Made by a program: the position numbers and the translations under genes
Notes under the pieces: model-generated
The model's input: only the letters and a program-made list of their open reading frames with translations
The model's database searches: none
What the model was told of the DNA's origin: nothing
NCBI GenBank assembly: GCA_963755125.1
Contig: CAVWIP010000016.1
Coordinates: forward strand, 151,604 to 215,603
Reading direction: 5' to 3'
DNA from: an uncultured delta proteobacterium
Lineage (GTDB): Bacteria; Myxococcota_A; Polyangia; Fen-1088
Length of the DNA: 64,000 nucleotides
Shown here: positions 18,040 through 27,758 of the stretch, one piece after another
How positions within the stretch are numbered: the first letter of the stretch is position 1
Layout: every line of letters begins with the position of its first letter

Positions 18040-20493
18040 CTACTCGTTTTTCTCCAGCAGCATCTGATCCGGATTGTCCTGCTCGTCGGTTGGAACCGCG
18101 GCTTCCTTGGGCGCGGTGCCATCGAGAAAGACTTCGCTCATGCCTTCCACGCCCGGCGCGGGCAGAAGCCCGGTAGTCGGATCGATCTGAACCACGACCA
18201 CCCCCGGCGGCTGGCTGAAGTCACGCACCGGACGGCCGGCCATGGCCTTGACCATGAAGTCGATCCACAGCGGCAGCGCGGTCCGGGCGCCGGCCTCGCC
18301 GTGCCCCAGGCTCTTGCCGTCGTCGAAGCCGACCCACACGGCCGCCAGCAATTCAGGCGTGAACCCGACGAACCACGCATCCCGGCTGCCGTTGGACGTT
18401 CCCGTCTTGCCCGCCGCCGGCCTCTGCAGCTTGAGCGCGGCTGCGCGCGCCGTGCCCGACTCGATCACGCTCTTCATGAGAGACACCACGATGTACGCCG
18501 TCTCGGCACGAACATCCTGCTCGAGCGGGGGCGTGGGGATCGCCTCAGGGCCAAAGGCGGAGATGAGGCGCGGCTCGCCGTGCTGGCCGCCGGCCGCGAA
18601 GGTGGCGTAGGCGTTGGCCAACTCGATGGGCGTGACCGTGTTGGCGCCCAAGGCCAGGGAAAGTTCGAGCGAATCGGGCAAGGGCGAGGTGATGCCGGCG
18701 TGGACGGCCATCTCGCGGGTGGCGGTGATGCCGACGTCGGAAAGCAGCTTGATGGCCACGGTGTTGATGGACAGCGCCAGGGCGGTGCGCAGCCGGACCG
18801 GGCCGCGGAAGTTGTCCTTGTCGTAGTTCTGCGGCTTCCACAGCTTGTACACCTCGGGGGTGTCGTTGATTACCGAAGCCGCGGTGTAGCGCTGGGAATC
18901 GATGGCCGCGGCGTAGATGAACGGCTTGAACGCCGAGCCGGGCTGGCGCTGCGCCCGCTGCGAACGATCGAAGGTGCCGGCGCGATAGCCGTAGCCCCCG
19001 ACCAAAGCCAGGATGTCGCGCGTAGCCGGGTCAAGCACCACCATGGCCGCCTGCGGGCCGAGCTCCAGTGCCAGCGGCATGTCCTTATCGCCCTCGTGCT
19101 TGCGCTCGGGCGCGAAGCGAACGCGCACGATGTCGCCGGGACGAAAACGATCCACGAGCGGCGAGGCGCCCAAAGCGTAGCGCGTCTCCACCGCGGTATC
19201 GACCACTCCGGTGCTGCCGCCCACGAAGACGAAGAGGTGACCGTTCTTGGCGTCGTTGGGATCCTTCTCGACGCGCTCCACGATTCCGTCCACGATGTCG
19301 GCATCGCCCAAGCTCGGGTGCTCCTTCTTCAGCTCGAAGCGGCGCTTCTCCAGAGCTTTGCCCGCCACATGGCCAAGCGATCCCCGGTAGCCCTGGCGCT
19401 GATCCAGCTCTTCCAGCCCGCGCTCCACCGCCTGGCGGGCCATCGCCTGCAAGCGTGGATCGATGGTGGTCTTGACCGTCAGCCCCAGGGTATCGAGTTT
19501 TCCGGCGCCGAATTTCTCCTCGAGCGCGCGGTGCACACTGTCGACCGCCTCGGGCGCGCTGTGGGTACGCGCACTGTTCTCGGGAATCACGGCAATGGGC
19601 TGCTCGGCCAGCTTGCGCGCGGTATCTTCGTAGATGAACTCCAGCTTGGCCATTTGCCCGAGCACGTAGCTCTGACGTTTCTTAGCCGCCTCGGGGTGCT
19701 TGTAGGGCGACAGGCGCGAGGGCGACTGCAACATGCCGGCCAGCAGCGCCGCCTCGGCGACGTCAATCTCGCCCACTGATTTGCCGAAGTAAAAACGCGC
19801 CGCCTCCTCCACGCCGTAGCGGCCGTGGCCGAAGTACATCTGGTTGAGGTACAGCTCGAGGATCTCTTCCTTGGAGAATTTCTGCGAGATTCGTCGCGCC
19901 AGGATGATCTCCTGCACCTTGCGCCGCATGGTCTTCTCGGGCGTGAGCAGCATCTGCTTGACCACCTGTTGCGTGATGGTCGAGGCGCCTTGGGCGAATT
20001 CTCGGCGCATGAGGTTCTCGAAAAGGGCGCGCGCCATGCCCTTGTAGTCCAGCCCTTCGTGCTCAAAAAAATCGGCGTCCTCGGCGGCAAGCACGGCCTG
20101 AATCAGCACCTTGGGCAACTGGGCGTAGAACACCACAGTTCGGTGTTCCGAGCCCACCTCGCCTATCAGGTTGCCGTCGCGATCCAGCACGCGACTGATC
20201 TGAGGCGGATGGTAGTCGCCAATGCCGCTCAGGCTGGGCAGGTTGGGATCGTGACCGAAGTAGTAGAACACCGCCGCCAGCGCGCCCACGCCCAGCAGCA
20301 CGGGCGAGAGCAAGAGCAGCAACCAGCACAGAATGCGCAGGCCCCACCCGCGCGTCGGGCGGCGCCGGCGCCGCCTCGGGCTCGGGGCCGGGGCAGCCGG
20401 TTCCACCGAATCGCGCGGTGACCGATCGATCTCCAGGATGGAATCAATCGGGTCGAAGCGATCCGCACCGGACCTGCTGCCGCTCTTGGCCAT
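18040..20493 (-). CDS. Class A penicillin-binding protein (PBP1A family)
   Basis: GT51 motifs AAEDADF..H.G, QGASTITQQ, RKVQE, YLNQMYFG; transpeptidase SAFK, SIN, KTGT. Confidence 0.92.
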   Translation of the reverse strand: MAKSGSRSGADRFDPIDSILEIDRSPRDSVEPAAPAPSPRRRRRRPTRGWGLRILCWLLLLLSPVLLGVGALAAVFYYFGHDPNLPSLSGIGDYHPPQISRVLDRDGNLIGEVGSEHRTVVFYAQLPKVLIQAVLAAEDADFFEHEGLDYKGMARALFENLMRREFAQGASTITQQVVKQMLLTPEKTMRRKVQEIILARRISQKFSKEEILELYLNQMYFGHGRYGVEEAARFYFGKSVGEIDVAEAALLAGMLQSPSRLSPYKHPEAAKKRQSYVLGQMAKLEFIYEDTARKLAEQPIAVIPENSARTHSAPEAVDSVHRALEEKFGAGKLDTLGLTVKTTIDPRLQAMARQAVERGLEELDQRQGYRGSLGHVAGKALEKRRFELKKEHPSLGDADIVDGIVERVEKDPNDAKNGHLFVFVGGSTGVVDTAVETRYALGASPLVDRFRPGDIVRVRFAPERKHEGDKDMPLALELGPQAAMVVLDPATRDILALVGGYGYRAGTFDRSQRAQRQPGSAFKPFIYAAAIDSQRYTAASVINDTPEVYKLWKPQNYDKDNFRGPVRLRTALALSINTVAIKLLSDVGITATREMAVHAGITSPLPDSLELSLALGANTVTPIELANAYATFAAGGQHGEPRLISAFGPEAIPTPPLEQDVRAETAYIVVSLMKSVIESGTARAAALKLQRPAAGKTGTSNGSRDAWFVGFTPELLAAVWVGFDDGKSLGHGEAGARTALPLWIDFMVKAMAGRPVRDFSQPPGVVVVQIDPTTGLLPAPGVEGMSEVFLDGTAPKEAAVPTDEQDNPDQMLLEKNE

Positions 20494-20555
20494 CGGGAGG
20501 TCAGTGTAGTGTAGTGCGAGTCCGGGCACCCAACCAAATATGCGAGTTCATTCGG

Positions 20556-22808
20556 TCATTGCGAATCGGCGTCGGCTTCTGCTTCGACCTCGGGCTTGGC
20601 GGTGATGCGGCGGACCCAGTCGAGACACTGCTTCTCGGTGAGAGTCATCTCGCTGTGATCGAAACTCAGTGTCGAGGCCGTGGCGGCCGCGTATTCCTCC
20701 TCGGTCAAGCGGTCGCGCTCGTACATGCGGGTCAGGATGCGACGCAGGTACTTCTCCCAGGCGGGCGAGAGCGCGCCATGGCAGTAGTGCACGTAGCGTC
20801 GCTTGGGGCTGGGCAGGATGGACGAAAAGAATGCCGCCTCGATCGGGTTGATGTCGGCCGCGGCCTTGCCGAAGTAGTGCCGTGCCGCCGGGCCAATGCC
20901 ATACAGTCGCGGCCCGAACTCGATGGCGTTGAGATACAGCTCGAGGATGCGTTCCTTGGGCAGGATCTGCTCCAGGTACCAGACCAGAAACAGCTCCTGG
21001 AGTTTACGCGAGAGCGTCTTCTCCTGGCTGAGCAGCAGGTTCTTCACCATCTGCATGGTGATGGACGAAGCACCCAGCCGGAACCCGTCGTTCTCGATAT
21101 TGCGGCGCAAGGCCGTCTTGAACACCGGCGACACCCAGCCGCGGTGCTTGAAGAACCCGGAGTCCTCGGTGGTCATGATGGCGTTGATGAGGTGGGGCGA
21201 GACCTGGGCAAAGGGGACGAAGTCCGGATTATCGGGCCCCACGATGAAGGTCATGACCTCGCTGCTGCCGTTACCCGGCGGCTCGGGAGGAACCTCCACG
21301 GTTTGCACCAGGGATCCGTCACCTGCGAGCGCGGCAACCTCGGTGGGAGCCTTGACCACCTGACAGCCGTCGATGCCGACCTTGCCCCCCAGATCCAGGG
21401 CGTCGAGGTTGGCGAAGTCGATTTTGGTGTGCAAGTCGGCCTCGAACGTGCCCTGCAACACGAAACCATCGAGGTGCGACACGATAGGCCCAGGGATGCT
21501 GGCCAGCAGCTTGGCGCAGGCGATGCGGGGCACGCGCAGTTGCACCTCAAGCTTGGGCAGGTAGTGCAACTCGCGGCCACTCTTGAAGCGGAAGGTCCCC
21601 TGCGCCAGTTCCAGCGAGCCGGCCAGCCGCACCGTCAGGCTGCCAAGACGGCCCTCCGCTTGGTTGAGGACCAGGAGCCGCTTGTCCAAGTCGACCGCGC
21701 CGTCCACGTGCATACCGAAGGTCAGGTCGTTGACCGGCTCGCTTGCCAGCTTCTCGTGCAACAGGCTCAGCCCACTCACATCCAGCTTGCCCGAGAACGA
21801 GACGCGCCGGCCTTCCAGCTTGACCTCGATGGCCGCATCGATCTCGGTGTTCTCGGGTTCGAGAACCGAGGACGGCAGGATCTCGGCGATCTTGTCGAGC
21901 GAGAAGCGCTCAGCCCGCACGGCCAGGGTGCCCTCGACCGAACGGGAAGCGATCGACGGTCGCAGTTGGCCTGTTGCGGTCCACAGGGCGCGCTTGGCAC
22001 CGCCGTAGCTGCCGGAAAAAAACAAGTCGAAGGCGCGGGCAGGGGATCCCTGTGCAGCTGTCACGGGCCTGACCGCCCCGCTGATGCCGGTGAGCGGCAA
22101 GGTCTCCAGCGGCCGCACATAGCCCTCACGCACCGCCGCCTCGGGCCAGCCCACCGGGCGCAGGCCCATGAGGCTTCCCTGCAGGGTCAAGCTTTCGGCA
22201 CCAAACGCCGGATTGGTCTCGGTCCCGTGCGTGCCGAATCTCCCGGAAACCTGCCTCACCTCGGCCTGGTAGCGCAGGCCCGTGTCCCATCTCGCGTCCA
22301 CCACCCCTACGGTCACAGACAACCCCTTGCGACTGTCCGTGAGCTGAAGGCTGCCACCACGCACGACCAGAGACGGTAGGGACGACGAGCCGGCCTTGCC
22401 GGGAACCGGCCCGGCGGCGGTTCCATGAAGTCGCCCCAGGATGGCACTCACGTTGTCCCCGGGCCCGCCGCGCACGAGATTGGCGGCCGGGCCGTCAGCT
22501 TCGACAACCCCGCGGCCCCACAGAGCGGAGAAAGGGATCGCCACTCTGTCCACGGTCAGCAGCGGCCCCTGCTCTCTCCCCACCACCAGGCCGTAGAGCC
22601 GGAGCACGCCCCATCCTGCGCGCGCCCGCTGGACCTCCACGGAAACACCCAGCTTGGCCGCAGCCTTAGATGTGACCAAGTACCCGCCGAGCGCGCCCAC
22701 GGCTATGGGATAGGTCGCCACCGCCCCTGCGACAATGCTCAGGGCCCAAACCCGCCGGTCAAGCAGGATGGTCTTGAGAAAACGCAAGAGCCTGACTATG
22801 AGCGGCAT
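20556..22808 (-). CDS. Monofunctional peptidoglycan transglycosylase (GT51) with long N-terminal beta-rich extension
   Basis: C-terminal TTEDSGFFKHRG, GASSITMQMVKNL, RKLQE, LYLNAIEFG; no transpeptidase domain. Confidence 0.8.
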   Translation of the reverse strand: MPLIVRLLRFLKTILLDRRVWALSIVAGAVATYPIAVGALGGYLVTSKAAAKLGVSVEVQRARAGWGVLRLYGLVVGREQGPLLTVDRVAIPFSALWGRGVVEADGPAANLVRGGPGDNVSAILGRLHGTAAGPVPGKAGSSSLPSLVVRGGSLQLTDSRKGLSVTVGVVDARWDTGLRYQAEVRQVSGRFGTHGTETNPAFGAESLTLQGSLMGLRPVGWPEAAVREGYVRPLETLPLTGISGAVRPVTAAQGSPARAFDLFFSGSYGGAKRALWTATGQLRPSIASRSVEGTLAVRAERFSLDKIAEILPSSVLEPENTEIDAAIEVKLEGRRVSFSGKLDVSGLSLLHEKLASEPVNDLTFGMHVDGAVDLDKRLLVLNQAEGRLGSLTVRLAGSLELAQGTFRFKSGRELHYLPKLEVQLRVPRIACAKLLASIPGPIVSHLDGFVLQGTFEADLHTKIDFANLDALDLGGKVGIDGCQVVKAPTEVAALAGDGSLVQTVEVPPEPPGNGSSEVMTFIVGPDNPDFVPFAQVSPHLINAIMTTEDSGFFKHRGWVSPVFKTALRRNIENDGFRLGASSITMQMVKNLLLSQEKTLSRKLQELFLVWYLEQILPKERILELYLNAIEFGPRLYGIGPAARHYFGKAAADINPIEAAFFSSILPSPKRRYVHYCHGALSPAWEKYLRRILTRMYERDRLTEEEYAAATASTLSFDHSEMTLTEKQCLDWVRRITAKPEVEAEADADSQ

Positions 22809-22983
22809 TCGGGGGCAAGGCATTCTACCCGCCAGGCACAGCCCAGGTCACCCAAGAGTGGTTGTTCGTGACATACAACGTCCATCGACTGCGACGAAGG
22901 TTCCCATGCAGTCTGCGGGCATGGTCGGGTGGCTTGCCTTTTCGGCCAGCGCATGCCAGACGAATGAGAGCAAAGGAGACATC

Positions 22984-23844
22984 GTGAAGGCCAACTCTGT
23001 CGTGCCGGTTGCAAGTGGCAGCGTCTTCTCTTTCCAGTTTGGCGACACGCTCTTCGCGGTCGACGCGAGCCGGGGCGGCCGCATTGTCACCTTCGCCCTC
23101 TCGGGTCGCAACATCTTGACCGGGCCGGCGGTAGACCCGGCCAACTTCGGGTCAACCTTCTGGCCCAGCCCGCAGAGCGACTGGAACTGGCCGCCTCTGC
23201 CCGAGATCGATTCGGCGCCCTATGCGGCTAGCCTCGACGGGGGCGTGCTCTCTCTGTCTGGCGCAGCCGCGACCAATTTGGGTCTTGCGGTGGAAAAGAA
23301 GTTCTCTGCTGACAGGGCGACCGGGGTGGTCACCGTGGCGTACACCGTTGCCAACCGCGGCAGCAATGCACGCCGGGTGGCGCCCTGGGAGATCACGCGT
23401 GTCGCGGCTGGCGGCCTCTCCTTCTTCCCGATGGGCCAGGGTGGGCCGCGAAAAGGGCCGCAAGACCTGCTGAATACAACCATCGTGAATGGCGTGGCAT
23501 GGTTCGCGTACGACGCTGCTGCCATCACAGCGGATCAGAAGCTCTTCGCCGATGGGCTGGAAGGCTGGATAGCCCATGTTGACGGCGATCTCCTCCTGGT
23601 GAAGTCCTTCACCGACACGCGCCCTTCGCAAGCCGCTCCCGGCGAGGCGGAGATCGAACTGTACGCCAACGCTGGCCACACCTATGTCGAGGTCGAGAAC
23701 CAGGGCGCCTATGTCAATCTCGCACCGGGCGCCGCTACTACCTGGACCGTGCGCTGGATGCTGCGCAAGCTCGACCTTGCGGCCACGCCCGCGACCGTTG
23801 GCAGCGCGTCCCTGGTGGACCTGGTGCGCAGCCTGGTCAAGTGA
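22984..23844 (+). CDS. DUF4380-like protein (galactose mutarotase-like beta sandwich)
   Basis: GGRIV...G.N.L, GSTFWPSPQSDW, APWEITRV, YVEVENQG; AAAGGAG RBS before GTG at 22984 (upstream ATG at 22906 possible). Confidence 0.65.
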   Translation: MKANSVVPVASGSVFSFQFGDTLFAVDASRGGRIVTFALSGRNILTGPAVDPANFGSTFWPSPQSDWNWPPLPEIDSAPYAASLDGGVLSLSGAAATNLGLAVEKKFSADRATGVVTVAYTVANRGSNARRVAPWEITRVAAGGLSFFPMGQGGPRKGPQDLLNTTIVNGVAWFAYDAAAITADQKLFADGLEGWIAHVDGDLLLVKSFTDTRPSQAAPGEAEIELYANAGHTYVEVENQGAYVNLAPGAATTWTVRWMLRKLDLAATPATVGSASLVDLVRSLVK

Positions 23845-23907
23845 CGTAGTACGCGGGGCCAGTGGCCGGATCCCGAACCGGATCCGGTGCCGGTCCCGGA
23901 ACCGGCA

Positions 23908-24627
23908 CTACGCGGCCCAGAGTTCCAGGTCGAAATCTGCGGCTGCGCGCAAATCCTCGGCAACCCGCTGCCGGGCGTGATGCAAGCGCGACATCACGGT
24001 GCCCATGGGACAAGCCGCAACCTCGGCGATCTCGTCGTAGGCGCAGTCCTCGAACTCGCGCAGGATGATGGCCTGCCGGTGTACGGGCGCCAGCCGCGCC
24101 ACCGCTCCCCGCACCAGGAGCTGCATCTGGGCGATCCCCATCTCACGTTCCGGAGTCCGGTCGTGGGATGGCTCCAGCTTGGGCTGGCAGTCGTCATCAC
24201 GCTCGTCAGCCACCGCGCTCTCCGCCCGGACAGAACGTTTTCGCAGGATGTCCAGGCTTGCGTTCATCACAATGCGATGGATCCAGGTAGTGAAGGATGC
24301 GCGTCCCTCGAAGCGGTGCAGGTTCCGCCACACCTTCAACATCGCGTCCTGCACGGCATCCTCGGCGTCGTCGCGATTTCGCAGAACCTTCAGCGCAATC
24401 GCCATGGCTCGCGGCCGGACACGGTCCAGGAGCGGACGCAGCGCCTGGCCATCACCCGTCTGTGCCTGCTCTGCCAGAGCAGAAGCCTCGCCGAGTGGCG
24501 CCACCGCCACTTCCGCAGGCCTCTTCCGACGCGCCAAACCGCCCACCGAAGGCCTACCCGCCACGCTCGACTGTGGCAGTCTTGCCGCCAAGTCAGCTAA
24601 CATCGCGAAATCCGTGGTTGGTTGCAT
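23908..24627 (-). CDS. ECF RNA polymerase sigma factor
   Basis: Region 2 DAEDAVQDA..K.W.NL..F.G.ASF.TW.HRI..N; region 4 YDEIAEV..CP.GTVMSRLHHAR; AAGGAAG RBS. Confidence 0.9.
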   Translation of the reverse strand: MQPTTDFAMLADLAARLPQSSVAGRPSVGGLARRKRPAEVAVAPLGEASALAEQAQTGDGQALRPLLDRVRPRAMAIALKVLRNRDDAEDAVQDAMLKVWRNLHRFEGRASFTTWIHRIVMNASLDILRKRSVRAESAVADERDDDCQPKLEPSHDRTPEREMGIAQMQLLVRGAVARLAPVHRQAIILREFEDCAYDEIAEVAACPMGTVMSRLHHARQRVAEDLRAAADFDLELWAA

Positions 24628-24764
24628 GGCAGTAACTTCCTTGTGCAAAGCCGGGACCGACGCTTTGCGCTGCAACCGCACGCGCAACTCCGGCCAGCAA
24701 TGCTGCAATTCAGCATTCCGATGAAGGATGGCGGGCGCGGGGTGCGGATTATACTTCCCAGCCC

Positions 24765-27758
24765 ATGACTGACATCGAACGGGTCCGCCTCTTCCTGCGC
24801 CAGGTGCGCCGGCGGGCCCTGCTGGTGTTGGGACTGCGGGCAGCAGGGTTCACCGCCGCAGCCATGCTGACCACGGTCTTGCTGCTGGGTCTCACTGCTA
24901 CGTGGATCGGGCCAGCCACCTTTTGGCGGGCCGCGACGATTCTAGTTCTGCTCGCACTCCTGCTGCTCGGCCTGGCCATGCTCTGGGGCCTGCCCGCGCG
25001 GCGGCTGCGATCGATGCGATCTGTCGCCGCGTTTGCTGGCCGGCGCCACCCACCGCTGGCCAGCGACCTTCTGTCTGCTGTCGAGCTTGATGTGGACGAC
25101 GACCGCGAACTGCCCAACGCTGGATCACTTGCGATGGCCCGCGCCTTCTTCGCCACCGTGGCGGACGCGGCCGCGCCGCTCGATCCGGCGCGCTTGCTTC
25201 CGCTGCGAAAGGAGGTTTGGGCCGGGCTTGCCGCCGCGCTGGCAGCCCTGCTGCTGGTGCTGGCAGTGGCCCTGTCACCCGACACCGTTGGCCGTGGCCT
25301 GCACCTGCTCGCGCACCGACCGAGCCGCTTCGAAGCCGCGAGCCCGTCCCGCGACCCGCTGGTTGCCGATCTGCGCATCACCTATCAGTACCCGGCGTAC
25401 ACAGCGATGGCGCCGCGGGTGGTGGAGGGATCCACGGGCGACATCGTGGCACTGCGGGGAACGCGCGTGCTGCTGGAAATGCGACCGTTGCGTTCGACGC
25501 GCCAGGCGCTGCTGCTGCTTGGCGAGTCGGGCGAGGGAGGCGAGATCCCGGCGACGGTGTCAGCCGGCAAGCTGTCAGCCGGGCTGGTTGTCAACGAAGA
25601 CAACAGCTACCGCGTCTGGTTGTCGCCGCTCTTCGGCCGGCCCGTGCGCGAGACGCGGTCCCATCGCATCGTGGTGGAACCTGACCGGCCACCTGAGGTC
25701 GACATCATGGCGCCAGCCGATCATCTGGAACTGGCCGCGCCCAGGCCGGTGGAGGTGGGCTACTCCGCCCGCGACGACTACGGCCTTGCCCGCATCGAAC
25801 TCGTATACCGGGTTGACAGTGGACCGGAGCAGCGGACGCTTCTCAAGGACGCACAGGGCGCGCGGGCCGTGCGCGGCACCACCTTGTTCGAGCCCACCAC
25901 GGCCATGCTCACGCCCGGCGCGCGTGTCGCCTATCACATCGAGGCCCATGACCGCGACGATGTCTCGGGCAGCAAACTGGGCGCCTCGCGCACCCTCACC
26001 TTGGTGATCCAGAACCCGCGCGAAGCCCTTGATGAGCATCTGGCGGCAGAACACGTGGTACTGGACAAGCTGGTGGGCACGCTGGCTGACCGCATCGAGT
26101 TCGCCGAAGCCGTGTCCGAGTCGCCGCCGCTAGAGCGTCTGTGGCGCTGGCGCGATCTACACGAAGCCGAAGAATCGCATCTGGTGCTGCTCGGCCGCCT
26201 GGTCGATGAGCAGCGGCGCAAGGCCAGCGCCAGCCGGACCCTGGTGGCGGCCCTGGCCAGCGTCGCAGATCGGCTGGGACGCCAGATGCGCGAGGAAGCC
26301 GATTTGCTCAAGGGCCTGCGCAAGCAAGCTGACCAGGGGGCGCTGACCTCGACGCGGCTCAACCGGCTGCAGCCGGCGGGTGCCCGCCACGTGGCCGAAC
26401 TGGAGAGCGTCGTGCTTGTGCTCGACGATCTCATCGGCCGGCAACGCCTCGACGATCTGGCCGAGCTGGGCAAGGAATTGACCGACGCGCACAAGCGCTT
26501 GCAGGATCTGCTGGCGCGCTACCAGATGGCCGGCGACGAGGGGCTGCGCCGTCAGATCGAACGCGAGATCCGCGAGCTGCGCGCGCGCATCGCGGAGCTG
26601 GCGCGCAAGATTGCTGAGGTCAAGGCCCGCAACGAGGTGGCGACCGACTGGATGAACATGCCTGACCCGAAGAAAGCCATGGAGCAGGCGGCTCGCCTCG
26701 ATTCGCTTCTGGAAAAGGGCGACGCGCGCTCGCTGGCCGAGGCGTTGGCCGAGCTGGGCAACACCCTGGCGGCGCTGCAGCAGGCGCTCGACAAGAACGC
26801 CGATGACTTCAGCCGTGAGCGCTTCCCGCAGGAGAGCCGGGCGCTGGCCGAGGCCATGAAGAAGATCGGTGATCTGGAAGGCGATCAGCGCGGCCTCGCC
26901 TCGGACAGCAAGGCGTTGGCCGAGGAGACCGAGGCGGCGCAGGCACGACGCATGGAAGCGCAGCTCGACGACTTTCTGGCCAAGGCCAAGCAGAGCCTCG
27001 ACGGCATGCAACGGCGGATCGGAGGCGCGCCGCCGCGCGAGGTGGGCCTGTCCCTGGGCGCGGACTTGGAGCGCGCACGGGAGAGCGTCCGACAAATGCG
27101 GCGGCAGCTTCCGGCCAAGGAATGGGCCGAGGCGCGCAAGGAAAGCGAACGCCTGGCGTCCGGTTTGCGGCGCGTACAGGGCACGCTTGCGGAGCGCGGT
27201 GCCGGCAAGCCCCCTTCCTCGTCCTTCGACAGCTATTCGGCGCAGATCGAGGAAGCCGGCGCGCTGGCGCAAGACCTGGCCGCCGATCTGGCCAACCTGG
27301 TTCCGCGCGGCGATGACGCGCTCACGCCCGGCCAGCGCGAGCAGGCGCGGGGCATGGGCGAGCGGCAAGACAGCATCGGCGAGCGCACCGAACGTCTGGC
27401 GCAAGAGCTGGACAAGCGCCAGGGCCAGGTGCCGGGTGGGGACATGGCGAGCGCTGAGCTGGGCGGCATCGCCGGGCAGATGCGACAGGCGAGCAAGGAT
27501 CTGCGACAGGGCGCCGCGGTGGAAGGATCGGGCCGCGCCCAGGAGGCGGCAGATCGCCTGGCTAAGCTGCGCGAATCGCTGGGCCAGCGCCCGATGGGCA
27601 GCGGGCGCTCGGCGCGCGAACCGGTGCGGATCCCCGGAGCCGACGAGTACCGCGCCCCGCGCGAATGGCGCGAGGAGCTGATGGAAGCCATGCGCGAGCA
27701 GGCGCCCGAAAAGTTCCGCGATGAGGTGCGCCGGTACTACGAGGAGCTGGTGCGATGA
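24765..27758 (+). CDS. DUF4175-like membrane protein with Ig-like domains and long coiled coil
   Basis: N-terminal TM helices, YQYPAYT, D.PP.V, ARDDYGL, C-terminal V.IP...Y.AP.E.REELMEAM...YYEELV. Confidence 0.72.
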   Translation: MTDIERVRLFLRQVRRRALLVLGLRAAGFTAAAMLTTVLLLGLTATWIGPATFWRAATILVLLALLLLGLAMLWGLPARRLRSMRSVAAFAGRRHPPLASDLLSAVELDVDDDRELPNAGSLAMARAFFATVADAAAPLDPARLLPLRKEVWAGLAAALAALLLVLAVALSPDTVGRGLHLLAHRPSRFEAASPSRDPLVADLRITYQYPAYTAMAPRVVEGSTGDIVALRGTRVLLEMRPLRSTRQALLLLGESGEGGEIPATVSAGKLSAGLVVNEDNSYRVWLSPLFGRPVRETRSHRIVVEPDRPPEVDIMAPADHLELAAPRPVEVGYSARDDYGLARIELVYRVDSGPEQRTLLKDAQGARAVRGTTLFEPTTAMLTPGARVAYHIEAHDRDDVSGSKLGASRTLTLVIQNPREALDEHLAAEHVVLDKLVGTLADRIEFAEAVSESPPLERLWRWRDLHEAEESHLVLLGRLVDEQRRKASASRTLVAALASVADRLGRQMREEADLLKGLRKQADQGALTSTRLNRLQPAGARHVAELESVVLVLDDLIGRQRLDDLAELGKELTDAHKRLQDLLARYQMAGDEGLRRQIEREIRELRARIAELARKIAEVKARNEVATDWMNMPDPKKAMEQAARLDSLLEKGDARSLAEALAELGNTLAALQQALDKNADDFSRERFPQESRALAEAMKKIGDLEGDQRGLASDSKALAEETEAAQARRMEAQLDDFLAKAKQSLDGMQRRIGGAPPREVGLSLGADLERARESVRQMRRQLPAKEWAEARKESERLASGLRRVQGTLAERGAGKPPSSSFDSYSAQIEEAGALAQDLAADLANLVPRGDDALTPGQREQARGMGERQDSIGERTERLAQELDKRQGQVPGGDMASAELGGIAGQMRQASKDLRQGAAVEGSGRAQEAADRLAKLRESLGQRPMGSGRSAREPVRIPGADEYRAPREWREELMEAMREQAPEKFRDEVRRYYEELVR

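Noticed and set aside
20418..22379. 653-aa plus-strand ORF and other long overlapping ORFs (5283-6830, 26157-27803, 52272-54179)
   Set aside because: Overlap well-supported genes; composition typical of shadow frames in high-GC DNA
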